This document shows positions 1 through 9,700 of a stretch of 64,000 bases of DNA, piece after piece. Both the position numbers and the translations under genes were made by a program. The notes under the pieces were generated by a model. The model made no database searches and was not told the DNA's origin. It saw nothing but the letters and a program-made list of their open reading frames with translations. The first letter of the stretch is position 1. The number at the start of each line of letters is the position of its first letter. Source of the stretch: Candidatus Abyssobacteria bacterium SURF_5 (GTDB lineage: Bacteria > Abyssobacteria > SURF-5); assembly GCA_003598085.1 (NCBI GenBank), contig QZKU01000145.1:9123-73122 (forward strand). The letters are read 5' to 3'.

Positions 1-1034
1 CCGAAATCGATGCCGGGCGCGATCCCGACGCCGGCATTTTCGAGTACCTCAAAGGCAAACGCCAACGAATCCCGCGTGAATCGCCTCGCATTCGCCAACA
101 CATAGAATGCGCCGGTGGGCTCCTTCACCACCTTGAAACCAATTTCCCTGATTCGGCGGAGGATAAGCTTGCGGCGCTCATTGAAACATGCCACCATCCG
201 GTCGACGTCCGGCTGAGCCTCCTTCAGAGCCGCAACGCCCGCCCACTGAACAAACGTATTCGCAGCGATGAAGAAATTCTGCTGCATCTTCTGGATCAGT
301 CGCTGGTATTTCATGGGGGTGATGATATAACCGAGCCGCCAGCCGGTCATCGAGTACAATTTCGAGAAGCCGTTCAGAACAAATGCGTCATCCGTGTATT
401 CGAGCGCCGTGTGTTCTTTCCCCTTATAAACGAGGCCGTGGTATATCTCGTCGGAGACAACAACTGGCCCGACCGAAGCAAGCTGCCGGATCACCTCTCC
501 GTCCATTACATGGCCTGTCGGGTTGGCCGGCGAATTGAGAAGAACGGCTCTGGTTTTGGGACGGACCCGCCGGCGCACGAGTCCCGGCTCGAGCTCATAA
601 CCGGTCTCTTCTTTGACGTCGACGAAGGCGGGAGCGCCGCCAGCATACTTGATGAATTGCGGATAGCAGGCGTAATGGGGATTGGGGAGAATAACCTCAT
701 CGCGCTCTTGCAGGATGCAGGAAAGCACGAGCAGAAAGCCGGGAGACGTTCCCGAAGTGACGACGACGCGATCGGGAGAAATATCGACGCCATAGCGCGC
801 ACGATAGGATTCGCAGACTGCCTCACGCAGCGGCAGGATCCCCACGCTTGCCGAATAATGAGTCCTCTCGTCTCGCAAAGCTTTGACGGCGGCCTCTTTG
901 ATGCATTCCGGCGTCGGGAAATCCGGCTCGCCCACCTCAAGATGAATGATATGGCGTCCCTGTCGCTCGAGTTCCTGCGCGCGTTCGAGCACTTCCATCA
1001 CCAGGAACGGCGGAATATCTATAGGACGTTTCAT
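1..1034 (-). CDS. PLP-dependent aminotransferase class I/II (aspartate aminotransferase-like), 3' end runs off the window
   Basis: Not in the ORF track; translated manually. Reads MKRPIDIPPFLVMEVLERAQELERQGRHIIHLEVGEPDFPTP ... GFSKLYSMTGWRLGY (PLP lysine motif) ... VLENAGVGIAPGIDFG. Confidence 0.9.
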   Translation of the reverse strand, partial: MKRPIDIPPFLVMEVLERAQELERQGRHIIHLEVGEPDFPTPECIKEAAVKALRDERTHYSASVGILPLREAVCESYRARYGVDISPDRVVVTSGTSPGFLLVLSCILQERDEVILPNPHYACYPQFIKYAGGAPAFVDVKEETGYELEPGLVRRRVRPKTRAVLLNSPANPTGHVMDGEVIRQLASVGPVVVSDEIYHGLVYKGKEHTALEYTDDAFVLNGFSKLYSMTGWRLGYIITPMKYQRLIQKMQQNFFIAANTFVQWAGVAALKEAQPDVDRMVACFNERRKLILRRIREIGFKVVKEPTGAFYVLANARRFTRDSLAFAFEVLENAGVGIAPGIDF

Positions 1035-1091
1035 GGAGTCACCGGAAAAACCGATTTCAGGGGAAGCGGGCACATCGCTACGGGTACGATA

Positions 1092-2021
1092 TTATACGAC
1101 CGAAAACGGCATCGGCACGAATGTCACGATGAAAATCACGGCCGCGGCCGCGCCAATCAGTTTTCGCCTGCCGTCAAGTGGAACATGGGGATGAGTCGGC
1201 GGGGGATGACGCAGACCGAACGCCATATTGAGCATGCCCCATATGGCCCAGCCGAACCAGCCGTAAATGCCCATCACCAGTAAAACGACAACGACTGCGA
1301 CCGAAATATGATAATGCCGCCTGCCAAACAATGCGTAGGAGATGTGGCCGCCGTCCATCATGCCAACCGGCAGCAGATTCATCATCGTCACCAGCAAGCC
1401 GATCCATCCGGCAAGCGCTATCGGATGCAGATTTATCGCGTAGCCGTCCGGTATCGAGGAAAAGAAAATGCCGGCGAGAACCTCCAGCAGAATCGACGAC
1501 CCAAAATTGATCCCGCCGGTGATATCCGGTACCGGATATGACAACTCGAACCCGATTACCAGCGCCGGAATCGAGAACAGGAACCCGATGATTGGGCCGG
1601 AGGCCCCGATATCCAGAAGCGCGCGCCGGTCTGGAACATTCGAGTTCACCTTGATTACCGCCCCAAAGGTACCGACGAAGGTTGGAGCGGGGATGAAATA
1701 CGGAAGAGTCGCATCGACGTTGTGGCGCCGCGACATGAGGTAATGGCCCAGCTCGTGTGAGAGCAAAATACCCATCAGAGTCAGCGAGAACGGGATCCCG
1801 CGGTAGAGCAGATGAGGATGAGTGACCGGATTGACTTCCGCAAGCATTGCGCCCGCAAAAATGGTGGTGAACAGCGTGGCGATAAACAGGATGATGTTCG
1901 TCGATATCTTTCGGCGCACCCGCGCCAGGGATGGGGCGTGCTCGTATCCATTAGCCGGACTAAAGACTTCCGGCTCTATCCCCCCAGCAGACTCTATACG
2001 CCCATTATCATTCATTTGCAA
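1092..2021 (-). CDS. Site-2 protease family (M50) intramembrane zinc metalloprotease
   Basis: HELGH zinc motif, GASGP, NLLPVGMMDGGH (NxxPxxxxDG) motif and multiple hydrophobic helices. The true start may be the ATG at 2015. Confidence 0.9.
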   Translation of the reverse strand: MQMNDNGRIESAGGIEPEVFSPANGYEHAPSLARVRRKISTNIILFIATLFTTIFAGAMLAEVNPVTHPHLLYRGIPFSLTLMGILLSHELGHYLMSRRHNVDATLPYFIPAPTFVGTFGAVIKVNSNVPDRRALLDIGASGPIIGFLFSIPALVIGFELSYPVPDITGGINFGSSILLEVLAGIFFSSIPDGYAINLHPIALAGWIGLLVTMMNLLPVGMMDGGHISYALFGRRHYHISVAVVVVLLVMGIYGWFGWAIWGMLNMAFGLRHPPPTHPHVPLDGRRKLIGAAAAVIFIVTFVPMPFSVV

Positions 2022-2167
2022 AATTCCTTGCGACGAAGCATCTTTGAGCTAATTCTAGCATACAGGCGAGAAGGCCTGCAAGAACACCTCTGGAGGAAAC
2101 CGATGGGGACGTGAGCAACTCGCCCGGCCTGCGCCAATGAGAAGCTATGACCCAGCACCCTCGGCAC

Positions 2168-2201
2168 AAAAAAAGCAGGCCCGGCATTTTACCAGGCCTG
2201 C
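2168..2201 (-). terminator. Rho-independent terminator
   Basis: Minus strand GCAGGCCTGG-TAAAATG-CCGGGCCTGC-TTTTTTT: 10-bp GC-rich stem with one G-U pair, 7-nt loop, U7 tail. Confidence 0.75.
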
Positions 2202-2311
2202 GCCTGCTTGGGTCGGGCTGGTCAACGGCGGTCGGAGAGAGCCAGACCCTCTGGAAAAGAGACGCTGCGTCTTCGGCGATACAGGCGTAACGTCCTTCTT
2301 GAAATCGCAGT
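2168..2311 (-). ncRNA. Candidate sigma54-dependent small RNA or attenuated leader (~140 nt)
   Basis: Lies between a consensus -24/-12 promoter (2322-2336) and a strong terminator (2168-2201) on the same strand; no credible ORF inside. Confidence 0.4.
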
Positions 2312-2321
2312 CGCGCAACAT

Positions 2322-2336
2322 GCAAATTAGATGCCA
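2322..2336 (-). promoter_or_regulatory. sigma54 (-24/-12) promoter
   Basis: Minus strand TGGCAT-CTAAT-TTGC(A), matching TGGCAC-N5-TTGCW. Confidence 0.65.
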
Positions 2337-2665
2337 GCTGACCGGAAATTGAATTGCATTGCATGGTGCGCTTATCGAGATGACCCATCATCGAACGGAT
2401 GCTCCGCGTTTTCGGGACAAATCTGCGCGAACGAGCACGCGTTTTTCCCTCAAAAAGTTTTGGGCGATCCAACATCCGCGGTCGAAGCTCCAACAGGAAT
2501 CCGGTCGACGCCCTTTTAGCTCCCTAAAAAGGACCGATATGGAGTTTTTTGAGAAAGAAGATATCCAGGCTCCGCCGCACACGATTGTCTTTCTTGACAA
2601 CAAACGCAAGCGCTTGATACGGTATTGCCGAATAGTTGGCGGCTTTATATAAAGGCATGTATTTT

Positions 2666-4189
2666 ATGGCATTAATGCTCGGACTGGATATTGGAACGAC
2701 CGGAGTCAAAGCGCTTGCGGTCAGGCCGGATGGCGCGGTCGCGTTCGAAAGTTTTTCCAGTTGCGAGATATCTTCTCCTCAACCGAAATGGGCCGAACAG
2801 AATCCGGAGGACTGGTGGCGGGCTTTTTGCCGATCCACAAGCCAGCTCTTGGCCGCGGGGCTGAAACCCGGTGAAATCGCCGCCGTGGGCCTGTCCGGCC
2901 AAATGCATTCGTCCGTATTTCTGGATTCACAACTGCGGGTGTTCCGGCCGGCCATCCTGTGGTGCGACGTTCGCACCACGCGGCAGTGCCGGGAGATAAC
3001 CGAGCGGGCCGGTCTCGATCTTTTGCGAAATGAGGCCTCAAATCCGGCGCTCGAGGGATTCACCGCACCCAAAGTCCTCTGGCTGCGAGAGCACGAACCG
3101 GCGCATTTTGAGCAACTGCAACACCTTCTCCTGGCAAAGGATTACATCCGTTTTCGCTTGACCGGCGAACTCGCGACTGATTTTTCCGATGCGGCCGGAA
3201 CACTATTGTTCGATGTGGGCGCGAGAAAATGGTCGCGTCGCATCCTGTCGGCGCTCAACCTTGATCCCGCCATCCTTCCACCCGTCATCGCTTCGCAACA
3301 GATTTCCGGCACAATCACGCATCACGCGGCGGAGGAGACCGGACTCCGCGCCGGAACCCCTGTTGTCGGCGGGGGCGCCGACAACGCGTGCGCCGCCGTC
3401 GGCGCAGGCATCGTCGAGGAGGGCGTAGCGCAGGCAAGCATCGGCTCCTCGGGGGTCTTCCTGGCAGCGTTGTCCTCTCATCGCGCGGACGAGCATATGC
3501 GGCTCCATTGCATGAATCACGCGGCCCCAGACATGTGGTACCTGATGGGGGTGATGCTGACGGCTGGCCTCTCGCTGAAATGGTTCAAGGAAGCTTTCTG
3601 CAACGAAGAAGCGGAGCAGGCGCGGCGCGAGGGCCGCGACGTCTATGATCTTCTTTCGGAATCAGCCGCTTCCGTGCCGGCAGGATCCGAAGGCCTGATC
3701 TTCCTGCCGTATCTCAACGGCGAGCGCACGCCGCATGCGGATTCGGGCGCGCGCGGCCTGCTGTGCGGCCTGACGCTCCGGCATCAGAAAGCCCACATGG
3801 TCCGGGCGATCATGGAGGGGATCGCGTTCGGCCTGCGCGACAGCCTGGAACTGGTGCGCCAACTCGGCATCGAGGTTCACGAGATCATCCTTGCAGGCGG
3901 TGGAGCGAAAAGCCCTCTGTGGCGCCAAATCCAGGCCGACGTGTTCGGGCAACCAGTCCGCACGCTCAAGGTGTCGGATGCCGCCCCCTTCGGAGCGGCG
4001 CTCTTGGCCGGGGTGGGCGCCGGCATCTTCGCGGATTGCGCGCAGGCGACGCTGGCCACTGTCCGAAAAGCCGAACAGGTCGCCCCTGTCCCTGAGCATG
4101 TGCGCGTATATAATGATCATTATCCCCTATATAAGAAACTCTATGCCCTAAACCGGGACGTTTTCCACCGCCTCGGGACCATGACGTAG
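2666..4189 (+). CDS. xylB: Xylulokinase (FGGY carbohydrate kinase)
   Basis: GLDIGTTGVK, EQNPEDWW, SGQMHS, ILWCDVR, GGADNA, PYLNGERTP, GGGAKSPLWRQI motifs. Start chosen at ATG 2666 (alternatives 2657 and 2636). Confidence 0.88.
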   Translation: MALMLGLDIGTTGVKALAVRPDGAVAFESFSSCEISSPQPKWAEQNPEDWWRAFCRSTSQLLAAGLKPGEIAAVGLSGQMHSSVFLDSQLRVFRPAILWCDVRTTRQCREITERAGLDLLRNEASNPALEGFTAPKVLWLREHEPAHFEQLQHLLLAKDYIRFRLTGELATDFSDAAGTLLFDVGARKWSRRILSALNLDPAILPPVIASQQISGTITHHAAEETGLRAGTPVVGGGADNACAAVGAGIVEEGVAQASIGSSGVFLAALSSHRADEHMRLHCMNHAAPDMWYLMGVMLTAGLSLKWFKEAFCNEEAEQARREGRDVYDLLSESAASVPAGSEGLIFLPYLNGERTPHADSGARGLLCGLTLRHQKAHMVRAIMEGIAFGLRDSLELVRQLGIEVHEIILAGGGAKSPLWRQIQADVFGQPVRTLKVSDAAPFGAALLAGVGAGIFADCAQATLATVRKAEQVAPVPEHVRVYNDHYPLYKKLYALNRDVFHRLGTMT

Positions 4190-4313
4190 GGCGCGGCCAC
4201 GAAATTTTCTTCCGGTTCTAAGACCCCAAGCACTCGCCCTTGTCTAATTGAATAATTCACCGGCGACAAACCCGAATTTGCGTGTTATATTTAAAGATAA
4301 AAGGGAGAAGGCT

Positions 4314-4349
4314 CTGTCCGACCTGTCCGACGCGTCCGATCTGTCCGAC
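4314..4349. repeat. Intergenic tandem repeat, 4 x 9 bp (consensus CTGTCCGAC)
   Basis: CTGTCCGAC CTGTCCGAC GCGTCCGAT CTGTCCGAC read directly. Confidence 0.85.
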
Positions 4350-4421
4350 AAGTCACCGGCTCATTGGCAGTTGTTTTATGCCCCCAAACCGGACAAAAAA
4401 GCTCTTATTTGGCGGCCGTTA

Positions 4422-4430
4422 TGATATAAT
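4422..4430 (+). promoter_or_regulatory. Extended -10 sigma70-type promoter element
   Basis: TGATATAAT (TGnTATAAT) about 75 nt upstream of the 4505 start. Confidence 0.5.
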
Positions 4431-4504
4431 GAAGCACATGCTCTACAGCAAAAAGCGTATCTAATACGTATGTGGGCCCCTCGGGAAGGCGGGAGTGAAA
4501 GAAG

Positions 4505-5896
4505 ATGCCGAAGAAAAGAAGATTAAAGCTGAGCAAAAAAACGTATGTACTTGAGCAGGACTATTATCATTATGAGCTGCGCGATGTGACGGAGCCGAAT
4601 CTTCATCGCACCATTTTCTCTTATGAAGATATTCCGAAAATCCCTTTTAATCACCGGCACGTTCCCATAGCAATGCCGAATGAAATCTGGATAACGGATA
4701 CCACCTTCCGCGACGGACAACAAGCGCGGCCGCCGTACACGGTCGAGCAGATCGTTCAGCTTTACAAGTTTCTTCACCGCCTGGGCGGCGCCAAGGGGAA
4801 AATCCGGCAGACCGAGTTTTTCCTTTATACGGAGAAGGACCGCGAGGCCGTCCGCAGATGTCAGGAGCTTGATTACAAGTTTCCGGAGATAACCGGCTGG
4901 ATTCGCGCAAACCGCAAAGATCTTGAACTTGTGAGAGAGATGGGCCTGAAAGAGACCGGCATCCTCACGTCCTGCTCGGATTACCACATTTTTCTCAAGC
5001 TCCACAAAACGCGGAAACAGGCGCTCGAGGATTATCTGGACGTCGTCAAGGCCACGCTCGACATGGGGATAATCCCGCGCTGCCATTTCGAGGATGCCAC
5101 GCGCGCCGATTTCCTGGGGTTCGTGATCCCGTTTGCGCAGGAATTGATGAAGCTGTCGAAGCAGTACGGCATTCCGGTCAAGATCCGCATCTGCGACACG
5201 ATGGGCTACGGCGTTCCCTACGACGGAGTATCGACGCCGCGCGGGGTTCAGCAGATTCTGTACAACATGCTCAACTACGGCGGAATCCCGAGCGAGTATC
5301 TGGAGTGGCACGGTCACAACGATTTCCACAAGGTGCTCATCAACGCATCGACTGCCTGGCTATATGGCTGTGCCGCCGCTAATGGAACTCTGCTTGGGAT
5401 TGGCGAACGCACGGGGAATCCGCCGCTCGAGGCGCTGGTGCTCGAGTATGCGGCGCTTCGCGGCGACCTCGACGGCATGCACACACCGGTGATCACCGAG
5501 ATCGGCCATTATTATCGTTCCGAACTTGGCTACAATATTCCGGCGAATTTCCCATTTGTCGGGGCCGAATTCAATACCACGCGCGCGGGCATCCACGCCG
5601 ACGGCGCCCTCAAGAACGAGGAAATATACAACATTTTCAATACCGAGAAGTTTCTGCACCGTCCGCTCGTCGTCGCGATCAACGACAAGAGCGGGCTCGC
5701 CGGCGTCGCGTTCTGGGTCAACTCGATGCTCGATCTGAAGGGTGATAAACGGCTCGACAAACAGGATGAGGGTGTGAAGAAACTCTACGATTGGGTGATG
5801 GCGCAGTATGAGAACGGTCGCACCACCGAAATCTCCAGCGACGAAATGCTGCACGCCGCCCAGCAAATCATGCCCAAAAGGTTCAGGAAGTTCTGA
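4505..5896 (+). CDS. Re-citrate synthase-like DRE-TIM metallolyase (isopropylmalate/homocitrate synthase superfamily)
   Basis: DTTFRDGQQARPPY, RCHFEDATRAD, EWHGHNDF, GIGERTGN, AGIHADG. N-terminal extension and no LeuA regulatory domain. Confidence 0.8.
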   Translation: MPKKRRLKLSKKTYVLEQDYYHYELRDVTEPNLHRTIFSYEDIPKIPFNHRHVPIAMPNEIWITDTTFRDGQQARPPYTVEQIVQLYKFLHRLGGAKGKIRQTEFFLYTEKDREAVRRCQELDYKFPEITGWIRANRKDLELVREMGLKETGILTSCSDYHIFLKLHKTRKQALEDYLDVVKATLDMGIIPRCHFEDATRADFLGFVIPFAQELMKLSKQYGIPVKIRICDTMGYGVPYDGVSTPRGVQQILYNMLNYGGIPSEYLEWHGHNDFHKVLINASTAWLYGCAAANGTLLGIGERTGNPPLEALVLEYAALRGDLDGMHTPVITEIGHYYRSELGYNIPANFPFVGAEFNTTRAGIHADGALKNEEIYNIFNTEKFLHRPLVVAINDKSGLAGVAFWVNSMLDLKGDKRLDKQDEGVKKLYDWVMAQYENGRTTEISSDEMLHAAQQIMPKRFRKF

Positions 5897-5932
5897 GTCT
5901 CGCGCTTTTCAATTGAACTGGCAGAGAAGTTC

Positions 5933-6697
5933 TCATCCCTCCTGGCCGGCTTTCAGATACTTCAACTGGAATTTGCCGTCGACATATTCGAGGTACGAGA
6001 ACTGTTCCTGCATGTCGCCGACGTTGAAGTAGCGCCTGGCTTTTCCATCGATCGAGATGGTTTCGTCGTGCGGCATGTGCGAATGGCCGGCGATCACGAT
6101 ATCAAATCCTTCCTCAAGCTTCCGGCGCGCATATTGCTGAATGCCCTCATCCTCTCGCAGTTTGCCCGCAACCGACGTGCTTTGCCGGCTGAACCGCGAA
6201 AACCGCTTCGCAATCCGCAGCAGCAAGTCCGGGTGGACCCAGCGTACGAACCACAGGATCGCCCGATTTCTTATGATTGCCTTCAGCACCAAGTAGCCGC
6301 GGTCGTATTCGTTAAGGCCGTCGCCGTGACAAATAAAAATGCGCCGCCCGTCCAACTCGATCTCTATCGGCGCATAATGTATCTTCATGCCGATGGTGTT
6401 TCTGAGAAAGTCGCCCGCCCAGTAGTCGTGGTTGCCGACGATCAGATGAACCTCGATTCCGCTCTTGACCGCTCCCGAAAGCGCAGTGAGGAAATGGAAA
6501 TAGCGAGACAGAATGACCGACTCGTACTCGAACCAAAAATCGAAGAGGTCGCCGAGAATATAAAGCGTGGACACCCCCCTCTGGGGCATCCGATCGATGA
6601 AATCCGACAGCACCCTGCCTTTCAACTCCTCGTTTGTGCCGGAGCCCAGGTGTGCGTCACAGAGAAATAGAATCTTTTTTCCTCTCATGTCTCCCAC
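5933..6697 (-). CDS. lpxH: UDP-2,3-diacylglucosamine diphosphatase-like metallophosphoesterase
   Basis: DAHLG, LGDLFDFW, GNHD, HGD, GHSH calcineurin-like motifs with LpxH spacing. Confidence 0.75.
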   Translation of the reverse strand: MGDMRGKKILFLCDAHLGSGTNEELKGRVLSDFIDRMPQRGVSTLYILGDLFDFWFEYESVILSRYFHFLTALSGAVKSGIEVHLIVGNHDYWAGDFLRNTIGMKIHYAPIEIELDGRRIFICHGDGLNEYDRGYLVLKAIIRNRAILWFVRWVHPDLLLRIAKRFSRFSRQSTSVAGKLREDEGIQQYARRKLEEGFDIVIAGHSHMPHDETISIDGKARRYFNVGDMQEQFSYLEYVDGKFQLKYLKAGQEG

Positions 6698-6712
6698 AGG
6701 TTACCATGCATG

Positions 6713-9700
6713 TTACTTCGTTTCCTCAAGCTCCTTCATCATCTCGACGAACACGCGATGCGACCGCTGGACGTGCAAGTGCAGCGTATCCAGGAGCATT
6801 TCGGCCGGGTCCCGGTCGGCCGCGGCCCGAATCCCTAGTCGAAGCGCCAGCTTGTTCAGCGCGTCCACCTCCGCCGGCAGCTCCTTGAGCGGGCGGTCGT
6901 GCATCAGGCGCAAGCGGTTCTCGATGCGCCGGAGAAAAACCAGGCCGGCGATCAGGTCATCGTGTGCTTGCCGCGGGATCCTGCCGGTGCGGGCGAGCCG
7001 ATCGAGCGCCTCGAGCGTATTCGGCGTCCGCAGTTCCGGCAGACCGTCCCCATATTTGATCTGCAAGAGCTGAACGAGAAACTCGATTTCGATGATGCCG
7101 CCTTCTGCATTTTTTATTTGTACGCCCTCGTGCTCCTCTGTTCGCGCGTTCGCGAAGATCTTCGACAGCATTTGGGCGGCATCTCTCACAACATCCGCCG
7201 AAAAGAAACCAGGCTGATAGATGAGCGCTTGCACAAATTCCTTCAGGCGCTCGCCAAGGTGCGCATCGCCGGCCACCGGACGCAATTTTGTCATGGCCCT
7301 CTTTTCCCAGAGGGCGCTCTTTCGGCGATGGTATTCCATGAAAGCATCGGCCGAAACAGCCAGCAGTCCCTGCTCGCCATCAGGTCTCAGCCGCGCATCC
7401 AGTTTATATAGATAGCCATAGGGATTCACTTCCGCCATCCTTTTCATTATACGCGCGGCCAGCGCATTAAAGAACTGCTGATTCGATATGGCGTCGGCAG
7501 TACCACCGCCAGTACCGCCGTCAGCCGAATAGACGAAAATAATATCAAGATCGGACGCATAGTTTATCTCGCCGCCGCCCAGCTTGCCTAATCCGAGAAT
7601 CGCCAGCGTGGCAGGGCGGTTATCATCCGCTCGCGGCTGGCCGAAACGCGCCAACTCCTCCGCAAGACATTGCCGATAGACGCGTTCGAGCATGACTTCG
7701 GCGACCGAGGACAGCTCTCGGATCACCTCGGCGATATCCGCCAGCCCGAGAATATCGCGTAATCCGATCCGCAAAATTTCACCGTTCTTGAATCGCTGGA
7801 TCGATTCGTAGAAGTTGGGGTTGATCTCCAGAAATTTTCCCAAGGCCCTGTCGATCAGCTCGCGCGAACTTTCTTCTTCCAGAATTCTCGTGCTCATGAG
7901 GAAATCGAGCACGCCGGGATCATTCACGAACAATCGGATGAGATAATCGCTATACGATGCAAGCGCCACGAACAATTCGATGGATTTCGGGCTGGTCGAG
8001 AGTACTTCATACAGATTCGACGGCGCCCCCATCGCCGTTATGCATTGCTGGAGATTGGTGAGTCCCATGTCGGGATCAGGCGATTGCGACAGATACTGGA
8101 TCAAAAGGGGGGCGATACTCGAGAAGAAGGTGCGCGCGCGGGAGGTGTATGGCGATTGCGGCGGGCCATCCGCAAGAAATCGCAGATTGACATATGCGAC
8201 GGACGGATTGCGAAATCCATAGCGGGAAAGCGCGCTCCGAATTTCCTCCTGGTCAGGCTCGGGATTCATCATCAGATCGACCACAGGCGAGACATGTTCA
8301 TCCGCTGAGAACAGCTTGCTGAAGAACTTGTTGAAAAGCTCGCGCACGCGGCCTGTCTGCCGCCGGTGTTCGTCGGCCAGCGCCTCGCCTGCCGATTTTG
8401 CCGGTTGATCCCGATACCCGAGGCTGCGTGCTATCACCTGAAGGGATTCGGCATCCGTTGGCAAAACGTGCAATTGCCGGTTCTGCATGATTTGCAGCCG
8501 ATTCTCAAGCCGGCGCAAGAACTTGTAGGCATCCACGAGAGAGGAGAACTCGGCGGACGTCAGGTACCCGATCTGTTCCAGTTTTCTGAGAACCGTCAGC
8601 GTATTAACACCCCGCAGCTGTTCGTTCTTCCCGCCGTGCAACAATTGGAGGAACTGAACAATGAACTCGATATCCCGGATCCCGCCTCGCCCGAGTTTTA
8701 CCTCGGTCAGCGTCCGGCCGTGCTTGTCAACCTCGATCTCGCTCCGGCGCTTGAGATTCTGAATCTCGCGAATCCCGCGGTGGTCGAGGTATTTTGGATA
8801 TACAAAAGGCCTGATCTCCGTGAGGAAGGCCTGCGCGAGCGCCAGGTCTCCCGCCACCGGCCGCGTCTTCAGGAGGGCCTGCCGCTCCCACGTCTCCCCG
8901 AAAATCTCATAATAATTCAGATGGCTTTCGAGCGAACTCACCAGCGGTCCTTTGCTTCCCATCGGGCGCAGGCGCATGTCCACTCGATACAGATGGCCCC
9001 GATCGGTCACGCGCGACAGCAAGTCGATGCACTTCTCGGCCACCTTCGAGAAGAACTGATGATTGGAAATCGGCTCGATCCGTTGATCAGGCGCCCCGGC
9101 GCGGGTCTCGCCTTCGTTCGAATACATGAACATCAGATCGATGTCGGAACTATAATTCAATTCCTCGCCGCCGAGTTTTCCGAAGGCCAGTACGACGGCA
9201 GCAGCACGGCGGTTTGTTTCATTTTCTCCAGGAATTCCGTGCCGCCGCAACACTTCCGACTGCGCGCTCTCGAAGGCAGCCTCGATACAGATATCCGCGA
9301 GAGCGGTCGTTTCTTTCAAGATTGCCTCGACATCCACTTTTCCGCATATGTCTCGCGCCCCGATGTGGAGCATCTGTCGCTGGTTGAATTCGCGCAGCAC
9401 ATCCAGTTTCCCAAGATAATCGGGCGCATCCTCGAGGCGCTCGGATAATTCCGATCGCAAACTTTCACGATCTGCGGGCGTATCTGCGAAATCGTCCGAA
9501 AGAATGCTCAGAAAAAGATGCGGCTGGCGAATCAGAATATCGGAGAGGTATTGACTCGCGCCGAGAATTTTGAGCAGGACGCCCAGCACCCGCGGTTTTG
9601 CCGCCAGATAATTGAAATGCGATTCCCGGTCGCGGATTACCTCCACAAGGCGCTCCCAGTTGTTCAACGCCATATCCGGATCGGCCGCTGAACTCAGCTC

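Noticed and set aside
411..1283. 290-aa plus-strand ORF
   Set aside because: Antisense shadow of the aminotransferase and site-2 protease genes; no recognisable motifs.
2270..2305. Possible ANTAR dual-hairpin motif in the candidate sRNA (AAGGAC and GAAGAC loops)
   Set aside because: The stems do not close properly and the second loop lacks the expected first A.
2008..2652. Several 60-160 aa ORFs in the intergenic region before xylB
   Set aside because: No RBS or motifs, and they run across promoter and terminator signals.
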